Source of the DNA: a virus
Taxonomy: Duplodnaviria; Caudoviricetes
Virus record (IMG/VR): IMGVR_UViG_3300031992_000016
Coordinates: 64,001-128,000 of that record
DNA: 64,000 bases
Direction: 5' to 3' (one strand)
A program made the translations under genes and the position numbers. Position 1 is the first letter of the stretch. Each line of letters opens with the position of its first letter. The notes below the pieces were generated by a model. That model saw nothing but the letters and a program-made list of their open reading frames with translations. It did not search any database and was not told where the DNA came from. This document shows positions 18,476 to 30,766 of this stretch, in pieces.

Positions 18476-19823
18476 TTGAACACGCCACCTTTACATACCA
18501 AGATTTTGGTGTATCAGGTGTGGTAGGTTCAACAGGCACAGATACAGGAATTAAAAATTCATTCATCATATATCCGGTCTGTCCGTTATACATAATGCGG
18601 TCCCATTCAGTGCCATGATCAATAATATCAACAATAGTCCCAGTTGATATTTTTGCTATTACACCAAAATTAGTGCCCGCGCCAGAACGCATACGCACTG
18701 TCGTGCCGCTTTTTGATTTTACTGTTGCCTAGTATAACACTGATAAAACCTCCCCTTCTGATGTACCAGCATTTGCTAGTTCTTCTGGTGTATATAAACC
18801 CGCGGGGATTGCATAGTGCGTCCAGCCATATGTACCTAATTCTTGACGTTTAACGCCAGACTTGCTACCAGCTGCATGCATAAAAGTGCCATCGCCCAGA
18901 TAAACACCAGTATGTGACATTGGATTAGATGTTGGTGATTCATGATATAAAGCACAAATCTTATCTTTTGGCATCTAATCAATTGGTCCTTTTCGCACCC
19001 AGATACTTGATTTCCATTGTGAAGATGCGCCAGATACTAAGGAAATACCAATTTGCGCGAAGCATAACTTCGTAAATCCTTGGCAATCATAAACCTACTT
19101 ACCGAGCCACTTCTTTACAATGTTATAATCAACTTTGTCTGGATATTGAGCAATACGCGCACGAATAAATTGTTCGGTTGCAATTTGTCCTTGAGCACCA
19201 TAGATATAACCACAACCTTCTTTACTTAACGCATACTCTCTGATTACTTTCTCTTTCTCCTATGAGGTCATTACTTCAAATACCTCCTTTACTACTGCAC
19301 CAGGATAATAAAATTGTAAAATATCCTAATATGTAAAGCCCATATTTGCCATCTTCTTTGCGCCAACTTGGCTCATACCAACACAATGTCCATTGCGCGC
19401 AGTAGTTGTATAGGGGTCATCTTTACTAACTAGCCAAGCGCGTTCTCCACCCCAGACTTCTTTAGAGCTTTTTATATGTCCGCCATTGCTAGAAGAGAAA
19501 GGCACTGGGCTACATAAAGTGTTTTTATATGTTAAAACTAATGCATTAGTTGCTTCAACACAACGATAAGTAGCAGCATAAGCATTATCAATTGATCTCG
19601 AATATCGATATGCCTAATGCTTAGCGCTATTATCTGTCATATTTTTAATAGTATAAGCATTAGTTCGTGCGGCAATTGCTTGGGCTTTTACAGCTTCATC
19701 CGGCCCATTCATTTCACTAGGAACACAACCTAGCAAATATGTTTCTGGATGAATATTGATCGTGTCATTAACATTAACGCCCCAAGCTTCCGCATTACTT
19801 TCTCTTGTTAAAGTTAATCTCAT
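18405..19823 (-). CDS. endolysin: SpoIID/LytB + NlpC/P60 + SH3b, 472 aa, 6 in-frame TAG
   Basis: YLLGCVPSEM, EAVKAQAIAART, H*AY, GHCVGMSQVGA (SpoIID); YIYGA, DCQGF, HTGVY, MHA (NlpC/P60); VRMRSGAGTNF...GYMMNEFL (SH3b). Single frame to TGA. Confidence 0.9.
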
Positions 19824-20983
19824 TATAATTTCTCCAATAAAAGCGCCCATTGCGCATGTGTTATGGGGGTTTCAACTTCATCTATATTATCTGGGATTTC
19901 ATAATTTTCATTACGCCCTTGCAATTGATGCATTAATATATCGTAATGGTTCTACGTAATTGGAATGTCATAATCCCAATCCAAAGTGTTAATAGCTGGC
20001 ATAATGGCTGCCATTTGCGCACTTTCTTGTGTTAATCTATTAACATGGCCGATAAACTAACGACATAATGTATATGCAGTCATTAAGTCATCAATCTAAA
20101 ACATAGTTTCATTCTCATCTTCTAATGTATCAATAAAAACAAAAGAAGCGCTTCGATAGAATTCATTTGATGTATCTAATGAACAACCTGCTGAACCAAC
20201 TATTTTAGAGTCTAAAACTGCACATACTTTAACATATAATGAAGGTGTTGTGTTAATTTCATTATAGTTTTTTGTACCAAGAAACGATGTTAAAGGAACA
20301 ATCATAGATGTCTAATTTGTACGTTCCGTATCAATCCAACCTAAAGAAACTAATTCTCCACTGTTTGGAGTTAATAATGTTTTATCATTAGGCCCAGCAA
20401 ATACACCCACAGAATAATGATCAATTGTACCAGTAAAATTTTCTGGTGGAGACCAGCGCACCGCTACACGATTATAATACTAAGGCCATACTTCTATTTC
20501 TACTGGCGCTGGAATAGAAGTATCAATAGTTAAACTACGATAGTAAATACGTACATCTACATAACTAATAATAATCGTTCCATTAATTGCGTAAGGCCAA
20601 AATGTAATCTAAAAAGTTTGGCTTGTCTTATTAGTCAAACCTGTTATTTCATATTCATAACTGCCAAACGTTGAACCATTAATATTGCGAACTGGAAACT
20701 CTGAACTTTCTAAATAGTTAGTCCCGAAACCAACTCGTCCTTTACAATTCATTTCATAGTTAAAATCAATAACAGCTTTTGTAATTTCAACTCCGCCAGG
20801 AGGAGGATTACGTAATGTACAATTAATAGAAATAGTAGTGCCGCAGAATTGTAATTCTTCAACTGCTGCGGCCTGTGGAACATGTATATAAGTCGCCGGA
20901 GTTTCGGCGCACTATGAACTACTTTTAATTGGTTGCCCAGATGCTATGGGATAATATGTATATTTACAATTTACATTCGCCAT
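19823..20983 (-). CDS. hypothetical protein with FN3-like segment, 386 aa, 7 TAG
   Basis: Open in code 15 from ATG 20983 to TAA 19823 (TAATG coupling to the lysin); VRWSPPENFTGTIDHYSV resembles FN3. Confidence 0.65.
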
Positions 20984-21006
20984 AGTGCGCCATCACTCCT
21001 TATAAA

Positions 21007-21345
21007 TTATTCACCATCATCTGCGTCTAAATCTTCACTAGAAGAAAAATTAACATACATTTCAAAATTGTCTCCACCATTGTATGTTTCTTGAATAGAT
21101 GTAATTCTACCTTGAACATCATTTAAATCATAAATATTATTACCACTATCACCTTTAATAGTAATACGAGAAACAGTCTGTGGCATTAAAGTATTCAAGA
21201 AAGTGGCGGTACTTGCACCAGGAACCAAACTAATATAAGCATTGCTTACTAAATCATTCTGTTCCTTGTCATATGTAGTAGTACGACTATAATTTACGAG
21301 TTGAATAGCATGAGCTGCGTCACTATTAAAAATAATTGTTGCCAT
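21007..21345 (-). CDS. hypothetical acidic-tailed protein, 112 aa
   Basis: AAGGAGGT RBS before MATIIF; no TAG. Confidence 0.7.
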   Translation of the reverse strand: MATIIFNSDAAHAIQLVNYSRTTTYDKEQNDLVSNAYISLVPGASTATFLNTLMPQTVSRITIKGDSGNNIYDLNDVQGRITSIQETYNGGDNFEMYVNFSSSEDLDADDGE

Positions 21346-21358
21346 TAAAATGACCTCC

Positions 21359-22342
21359 TTATAAATTACCAAATAATAGTATATAACTATCATCTATTGT
21401 ATTTATATCAGTAGCGCTCGCCCAGCACCATACTGACATAATCGCATTAAATAACATATCTTTATTTGTCTATGTTATCTAATTATCTTTAAGTAATTGG
21501 CCTACTCTTTTATCAAAATTTGACCGTAAAATTTTTTCATCATAACCATCTTTATTTTTTCGCATCTAACAATCCCATAATTTTCCATCACAATCAATAG
21601 TGAATGAATCAATGCCTGCCATACAATGCGGAGTTTGTTTAGGTACTTCTATGGTTCCAAACCATTTATAATAATTCTCTGCATCATAACCGAAATAACG
21701 ACCAGGCACTTCAATGGTCGGCTTTGCACCGATATCATCAATATTAATATATGGTCTTTTTTCTACTAAAGGTATCATTTTATCATGTAATTCCTACGCC
21801 CATGCATACCAAACTGTAGAGTCGGTGCGCAAATTAATTTTAGTTAATGTCGATTTAGTAGATATTTTTAACTAAAAATTATTGGTCGGCATTTTCGTTG
21901 GGCAAGAATAAATTAAATGCTCTAGCGCGCGGATTGAATTTTTATACGCACCTTTCTAACGATTAAAATCATTCATATCTTCTGGACCATCAATATTAAA
22001 TTGGATATGTAATGTTACATCATATGATAATAATGGCATGACGAAATAACGGTATAATTCTGATGTACCGTTTGTAGAAAACATAATATTTTTGATTTGC
22101 GGCCATCGCTTTAAAATTGCAGTAATCATTGCTGAAAAATATGGTCCATTAAGTGATGGCTCCATTCCCCATAATCCAATACTGGTAGTTTCTGGGGTGA
22201 TAGTTTCAAGAATGGTTTTTGTAAATGAACCATTCTTGAAACACTCCTAAATGCGTTTATTATCATGCTCTTGATATTGCATACAACAATAAGCACATTT
22301 TAAATTACATGCATCGGAAAAATAAATGTTAAGATTTTTCAT
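21359..22342 (-). CDS. radical SAM protein with Twitch/SPASM-like auxiliary motif, 327 aa, 7 TAG
   Basis: CNLKCAYC at residues 12-19, WGMEP, STNG, NIDGP, C-terminal C-x12-G-x4-C (CMAGIDSFTIDCDGKLWDC). Confidence 0.88.
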
Positions 22343-22433
22343 CTTTTATTTGCACTCCACATAAAGCATTACATAAAACATTACAAAACGAAGTTTCTGT
22401 AATATTTTGATTATTATCTTCTTGCCAACGCAT
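22329..22433 (-). CDS. 34-aa Cys-rich peptide (Cx3Cx3C), candidate rSAM substrate
   Basis: AAGGTGA RBS; MRWQEDNNQNITETSFCNVLCNALCGVQIKDEKS; starts 2 nt after the tail-fibre stop and overlaps the rSAM start by 14 nt. Confidence 0.65.
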   Translation of the reverse strand: MRWQEDNNQNITETSFCNVLCNALCGVQIKDEKS

Positions 22434-22435
22434 TT

Positions 22436-25400
22436 TTATTTCACCTTAATCCATATTCTATTATTTACAGGAACTGCCTTTTCACCCCAAATTGTGTATT
22501 CAGGTACTTCACTAACATAGCCTATAATACAATCAGGATACTAAACAATCTCTTCTCTTGTCATAATATCTATCGTACCATTAGGAGCAGCACATACTGC
22601 CATACCAGCGTGATAATTTGTTCTATCTTGATATGTATATACTAGAACACGACCAGCAACAGCCACTGGTGTTTTAGCCGTTTCAGTTTCACCTTGCGCA
22701 AAACCATAGGTATCAGATACAATAGAAGCGCCTGGTATTAGACGTTCTTCTGTACGAGTCATAATACCATTGTCATTTTCTTGTACGCAACGTCCAGCTT
22801 CTAATTCTGTCGTGCAACGATATTCCGCATAGTCATTCCAAGCAGCGCCCATTAAAACGCCAGCAGATAAATCAGAATAAATTGCACTACTGCCCAAATA
22901 TAAACATGCTTTACTACTAGCATTAGCACGCCAAATTATAGCATCTGTAGTTGGATTTGCAGAAGGACCTGTAAAAACTAATTGTTTTCCTCTTCCAACT
23001 GTTATATTTTCAGTTGATGTAATACCAGCTGCCGTTAAAGCACCTGCAGATGATATATATGCACCTGCTGAAGCACATGGTACAATATTAGTTTGCTCTG
23101 CACTACCGCTTGGTGTGGTAGGCGTACCCAATAAATACGCTGTCCAAGTTGGTGATGTGGCAACTTTAACATTAACAAATTTATCAGTAGTAGTTATCTA
23201 TGCCCATGTTGGCTCACCACTACCATTTGATTTTAAATAATAGTTCTTAGTACCAGCACTAGTAGGAGCGTAGAAACTAGCTGATGTAGTTGCTGTACCA
23301 TTTAATGTGACAGTACTTCCATCGCCCCATTCAGGCACACTAGCACCCATTTTTAAGAATTTACCAGCCGCACCTTTACCTAAACGTGTTGGTGTATTAG
23401 CAGCAGACCAATAAATTATATCACCTGCGTGAGTACCAATAGATTTAGGAATTGCATAGTCAGAAAAATTTAACTAATCTAATACATTAACCCAACCGCC
23501 ATTAGTAGTGCTATTTTGAAGAGCACCACCTGCTACGCGTTTATAATAAATACCATTTGCATTAAATGGAATTGCGAGGTCAGTATAATAACCAGAATTA
23601 TTTGCATGATTACATCTAATAATATGAGTCCAAGTAGCACTAGAAAATGGAGTATCATTTACTTTAACTGCTCCCTATCTAGCAGCACTAATATTGAAAT
23701 ATTGTAAGCCATTCCAACCATAGTCCATACGTGTATTGCTACTTAATTGCGTTGATGTAGTTGCAGTTGTAGCATTACCAGACAAAGTACCAGTAATTGT
23801 GTATCCACCAGTAATTGTTTTAGCATATGGATCAATAACTAATGCAGTACCGACACCAGTTTTTGTCGTTCCATCAGCAGATGCAATACCAAAAATACGG
23901 AAATTACTATTTAAATTATCTAAAACAATACCCGCTTTTGTTGTTGCATTTGCGGCAGCACATAAATGAAGTTCTCCACCTTCGCCAGAGCCATCTGGTT
24001 TAATATCTATAGTACCATTGAAATAGCTTGGTCCAGCAACAGTTAAGTTATATGATGAATTAAAGTTACTATTAACAGCCAATCGAGAAGTAGCTTTAAT
24101 ACCATTGGTTCTAAAAGCGGCGCCTCTACTTTCAGATGTTATAAGTCCAATAGTAAAATCAAATAATGAATCTGCTGAAGTATTATATCTGTCACCAATA
24201 AAATATGCTTTTTGGCTACCATCATTAAAAATTAATTTTGGGCCACCTAATGATTCATTATAAGCCGCTGTTGCACCTGTATCTGATCCAGAGACAGTTC
24301 CAGTTATCATAACATTGCCATTAAATGTAGTACCAAGTGTATTATAGTCTATTGATATTGCATTTTTTGAATATGTAGTTTGCGCAGATGTAGTATAATT
24401 AGTATTAAACTATAATAAACCAGATGTATTCAAAATCTACCAAGACGCACTAGAATTACGATAAAACTCAAGACCTACGGCAGCTGTTCCAGCACCTTTT
24501 AAAACTAATTTACCAGTTTGCGTAGTAGTAGATGAATTATCTGCACCATCAATTAATAAACCAGTGGTTGTTGCAGTAATGCGCGCGCTATAATCAGCAG
24601 TGCTAGTATTTGTTGCGTGGAAATCAATATATTTACCAATTTCCATTACACCATCAGAGCCAATTAATGGCGTACCTCTAAAATAAGCACCAGCTGCTGG
24701 GGCTAAATTAGATCTATAATTACTTAAACCAAGAATGGTCGCTCCGTTGGTTTCATCTAAAATGCGGCGCCAAGATTGCCAAGTGCCATTATTTTTACCG
24801 CGCACACTTAACTGTCCAGTTCGATAATCCTAAAAAATTTCTGTTATCCAAGAATTATTATACCACTGTGAAATTAATGCACCATCTGTCTATTGATAAT
24901 TCCAAGCAGCTTTAGTCAAGCCAGATACATAGCCTAGTGCATTAGTGCCAGGGCCATTACCATCAATACCAAGATTTGTGCTTGTGGTAACTTTAAAATT
25001 AGTTAAATTAGATGCGGTGGTAGAAGTATCAGAACTATTAGCATGATTAACTGTGCCACCATCTACTGCAACAGTTACATCATCATATGCAATCGCTCCA
25101 ATACTTGTAGTAACATCAGGATAAACTTCAATAGATGTTTTTTTATCATCCGCTGTTGTATTATTTACTTCCGTACTTGCAAGCAATGTCCATGCATAAT
25201 TAGCACCTTCTAATAAGTATGCATATGCACGCATATAAGTACCACATTTTACATACACATCACATTGCGCAGATTGACCAGAAGCACCTTTACGAGCAAT
25301 TCTAACATCACCAACTGCAAAACCATAACGCACTATCCAAGTAGCGCTTACTGAAGTTGCTGCTGGCGGGTCTGCACTAGCATTATTAGCACGAGCAGAA

Positions 25401-28396
25401 ATTTTAATAACGCCGTATTTACCACCAGAGTATCGAGAATGTATAAATAAAATTGCATCTCTATCAACATATGAACCAGTTCCTAAATTAGTAGTAGCTA
25501 CACGATGCCAAGGATAATGATTAGTATTACCAGAATTAACAGTAACATAATTATGATACCAAGTTAATGCTGTTGGAGTACCATTATTAAGATAAATACC
25601 TCTACACTCACTGCCAACTGTTGTTGTACCTAATTTAGATGCTGCACCAGTCAAATTACCAACAAAACCATTAGTTGCAGTTACGCTGCCTGGGAAAGTG
25701 CTATTACCACTAGTATCAAATAATTTAATTTCTTTAGCAACTATATTAGAAGTATTGTAACGTCTAACTACAATCTATTCGTTATTACCATCATCGCCAA
25801 CAGCAATTTCTAATAAACCAGCATTCGCGGTTTCTTCTAAATGACGAATCCAACCAGCATCATTATTTCCATTACCATTTAATGGGTCAGCAAATGCAAT
25901 AGCGTTACTATAAATAAATACACCACGCTTATTACTATTATAAGGTAGTTTATCTGGCATACCAGATGTAAGAGCCATACGAATATGGTTTCCTCCCGCT
26001 GCGGAACCACCTTGTACCCACAACCCACCTGTCTAAATCGTTGTTGCACCATTGATAAATAAAACACTACCATCTGTTTGTTCTGCGTGCTAACCAATTG
26101 TTAATTTAGGTACTGATATACGCACACCAGTTGCAAGCGTAGTTCCAGTTGGAGCATGCAAACGTATATTACCTTCTGAATTATAAGACTTAGCATTGTC
26201 AGTAACACCAATGTAACAATAGCTTAAACTATTTGCAGAACCAAAATTACCAAAATTACTTAAAATAGATGTTTTATCATTTTTATAAGCATCAAATACT
26301 GTCCAAGCCCAACCGCCACCGCCATCTTTAACACGAGAACTAAAAAATTGACTAGTATTTTCTGAGCCATAAAACTAAGATGTACCTAAAGTTTTATAAG
26401 TTTCGCTTAAATCCCCAACATATGATGCGGCAATAGCAGAACCGTGCCAAGTACCAGCAGTAATAGTACCAACTTTTGTAATTTCAGTTAAATTTTTTTC
26501 TGTTATAATTCTATAATTCTTATTAGCAGTCAAACCAGTAGCAACTGTTGGTAAATAATATGTTTCATAATAACCGGTAGTAGTAGTCGTAGCAGGATTA
26601 TTAGGACTATATTGACGCCAATTCCATATGCCTGTTGTTACATTAGTTGCATCACCTACATCATACCAGGTTTCAGCTACTCTATTAAGAGCATTATTTC
26701 GTAATACTATATCTTTGATATAACGAGAAGTCGAACCCCAATAACCATATCCACGTACATCTAGTACATAGTTACCAACTAACGGTGCCATAGTAGTAAT
26801 AGCATTATCTTGATTAATTGTAAATAAAGCATTTGATTTAGTTGAGCCATGATTATGCAACCAAATGCCTCGATTACCAGTATCTGTCCCAGCACTATAT
26901 AAATAAATGTCACCAGCATTGCTTTGTGCTTTTACATTAATTTCTTTGCCTGATGTTGTTCTACCAGCAACAATATGAGAATTAGTATGTATTTGTTTTG
27001 TTACGCCTAAACCGCCACCAATACGAACTGCCCCGTTATTATAGTCAGTAGCATCTTGAGTATATTGTATATTGACTATATTACCCGCTGTGGCATCACC
27101 ATAGCCCATAATAATCGGGCCACCGTTTATATTTAAATATAGTCCTTGTTCTGATTCATTAACTTCAGTTCCACGATTACCATCTGAATCACAACCAGAA
27201 ATTCCACGGACAATTAAAGCATTTGAACCAGCAGAACCAATAATATGCACACTGCCAGTTAAATACGATGCCGCGCCAGTGGCAATACCACCACCAACTA
27301 CTAATGCGCCAGTTGTAGAAGAAGTTGATGCCGTAGTGGCTTTAATTTTTACTGTACCCGCTTTATTAATTGTTAATAATCCATTATTACCATAAAGCCC
27401 TAATCCAACTGCATTTTCTGCATTGTTAGAACCATAATAATGGAACTCAAGTACTGCCTAATTATTAGAACCATTACTCACACCTGTCATTAAGCATGTG
27501 TTACCACCGCTAGCTAAATTAGGAACTAAATGATTAATACCCCAAGAATAAGTACCACTTTTCACCACAGTTGCTGGCGCGTTTGAGGTTAAATTAATCA
27601 TACCTTTTGCGGCACTATCTGTGGCATTTGGATTATATTCTACTGTAGTTTGACCAGTGAATAACGCTCCGCCATTTTCATAAAAACGAATTTGTGCATC
27701 TGTTCTTGCAGTTGTACCATTATAAGTTGTATCTTTAACATAACTAAATAATAAATCATCTGTATATGAAGAATCTGTATAGGAACCAATTTCCCAAGAT
27801 CCATTACTAGTTTTTGTTGATACTACTGGTGAATAACCAGGAATTGAAGTTATTGCAATCAAAGCATTATCTCTGCCTTTATGCCAAGAAGATGCAATAC
27901 CAGCTCTTGTAATAATATGACTTGTAATAAATTTAGAACCATCCCAAGTTAAAGAACCACCTGATAACTTATTCGTTTGATTATAGGTAGTAAATAGTAA
28001 TCGAGTATTACCATTTAAACCCTAAATTGCTAATGTCCCCGCGCTATTGACGTCACCCATTTGGGCATCATCACCGACTTTATTCCATGTGTTATTAGCG
28101 AAATTCAATGCGCCGGTCATAGTCCCGCCAGCCAATGGTAAATATTTATTAACTCCTAATGCGGTAATCATATTGGCCTTACTAACCCAGTAAGTTTTGC
28201 CACCATTTGCAAATGAATCAATCGCAAGAAAAAATTCTGCGGCGCTACCTTTTTCTGGTAATGCTACATTATCTTTCCAGCTTAATGGCGCGGTCATCTA
28301 ACCGCCTTCTATAATTTGCGGTTTAAGAGTAGTAGTATAGAGCGTATCAGTTACTCTGGCGCTCCCTTGTATCAATGTATCTTTTAATTGTGCCAA
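22436..28396 (-). CDS. giant tail fibre (~1986 aa) with C-terminal intramolecular-chaperone/autocleavage-like domain
   Basis: AAGGAGG + TTG start; eight track ORFs share this frame and each ends at TAG; YLPLAGGTMTG fibre motif; C-terminal WNDYAEYR...GRVLVY. Confidence 0.8.
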
Positions 28397-28408
28397 TGTA
28401 ATTCCTCC

Positions 28409-30754
28409 TTAACGCTCTATAAATTGTGTAGCATTAACACTAAACATTTTTTTACTTATTTGCGCAGGTTTATTTAAATCTTCTTCTGTTTCAGTAAAAT
28501 GAGAAGCTTCAAATATACCTGTTCTTTTTATTTGTGGTTTAAACTCATTGTCAGCAATATACCACTATAAATGCCGTACTTTCCATGTAACTGGATTAGA
28601 CTATCCGTTGGTTACTAGCCCTAAACTTGAATAGTCTCTGATTGGTAAATGATTAGTATTGCCATTGTTAGTGTTTGAAGCACCACGATAAATTCTAGTC
28701 CATTTATTTGCAGGAATTGCTATAATTGAAGCCAAGCGTGTGCCTGTTGCATCATTATCATTTCCTGCCCAATTTACATCAGTACCACCAGCAGTATTAT
28801 TATAGTCTGTATTTATATTTAATGCAATCGGTGTCCATACCTCAGCAGTCCAGCGGTAGGTCGCGCCATATGGTACCATTAATGCTGGCGTATCTGCTAA
28901 ACGAACTCCATAGCCCCATGAAGAAGTACCAACAGGAGATACAATCGTATATGTGTCTGTTTTTTCATCATAAGATACAGAAGTCGCACTGTTATTTACA
29001 AGTTTCGCATTGATCATCATATCATTATTTTCCTATACTTCATATGGATGCATATTACCAAATTTATCTATCTTTATACCAACATTATACAACTATTTTA
29101 TTTCCGTGTCAAGTAACGCAGTACAATAGATACGAAAATCACTATAACTACCTAATGTTTTTCTCCATACACCACCAGCCTTTGAAAAACCAATATATAA
29201 TTGACTAAACGAAGCTAACGTTTTTCCTGCTCCAATAGTTACATTACTTTTTTCGATACCATCCTAATATGTGCGCGCAGTTGTTCCATCATAAGTAACA
29301 GCATAATGATGCCATTCATTTTTTATATATGAAAAATTTAAACGCTTTACACCAGAGCCATCACTTGGGTAAATATCAAAACCACTATCACGATGATGGA
29401 ATGCAGTTAAATTATAATCGGTTGGCGCGGTTTCATTATTTGATGTACAAAAAACCGCATGACTTGTACTATTACCATAACCACTTTCTGGTTTTCCCCA
29501 CCACGTGACAGTCATTTGAGAAGGAGTTGTTAAAGTTAATGGTGTTTGGATATAACATAATCCAGTATTATTATTGGTCGTTGGCTCTGAACTATTCCAT
29601 TTTGTTGCAACAGTATATCTTTTAGTATCTGTTGTAGATATTAAATTACCAATAATAGTACCATTATGATTATATCCACTACTATCTTCAATAATATTAT
29701 TATTATATGTCTAACACCATGGAGTAGCTTTATTACCCCATTCTAATTTCATACATTTCCACTATTCAGTAGTAGTAGTAGTTATTGAAGTATTATGATT
29801 CGTAATTAATAGTTGTAATGTTGTATAATCTGTATTTAAAGCAAAAGTTACAGATGAACGTCCTGATGAAGAGGCAGCAATGACTTCCGTAGATAATACT
29901 GTTGGCCTATCACTACTACTTTTATATTGCTAAACACGAGCTTTTAATGGTTTCTGACCTGATATAGCATTGATGTCTATACTAAAAGTAAACTAATCAC
30001 CATTTTTTGCCCCTGTGGCTTCAACAAAACTAGTAATTGGCATTTCCCAAATAGTTGTATAATATTGACCAATAGAGAAATTAGTCCAAGTATTAACATT
30101 ATTATTGGTTAAATTTATAGAATTATCTAACTTATAATGTAATATTAATCCTCGCGCAATTTCTGACACTTCTGCAGATGATAAACAATGATCATACAGT
30201 CTGACATCATTCATCCACCCATTTAATGGATTGCCAGTACCTGTCTATGTAGTACCAATATAAGTAGCAGTTGCAGTTGCTTTTGTTGGCGCAGTCCCTG
30301 CGGTTCCCGCAGTTCGCAAACCATTTATATATACTGCTTTTGTATTTTTACTTTTACTATAAGTAAAACAAATATGATACCACTAATTTGCTACAAATGA
30401 TAATCCAGCGCTAAGATTAATAGTCCAACGTTCGCCAGTATCAAAATATAATTGACTAGCATTCATTATCCATGCCGCAAATCCAGTTGAAGCAGTTTCA
30501 CTACGATTACAAAATAAAGTTGCGGCAGAAAAAGAAGCCATTTTAATCCAACAGCAAAAACTCATTTCATCAGTATTATTATCCCATAAAGCCGGTGTCA
30601 ATGTGATATTACTATTGTTACTAGAAGTAAATCTATAACACTAACCAATTTTTCCATTTGTATCAACAGTAAGACTATTACTATTAACAGTAGTATCACT
30701 AATACCTTGATTATGTAAATCCCCAGTAAGGGGGAGCCATACTCGCAAACTCAT
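28409..30754 (-). CDS. LamG/concanavalin A-like lectin-domain virion protein (~781 aa)
   Basis: MSLRVWLPLTGDLHNQG, MNDVRLYDHCLS, WHHYAVTYDG; four track fragments in frame across TAG. Confidence 0.8.
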
Positions 30755-30766
30755 ATAACTCCCTCC

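Noticed and set aside
17136-21393. Track start sites 17136, 18210, 19850, 21393
   Set aside because: Better RBS-supported starts are at 17202, 18138, 19823 and 21345.
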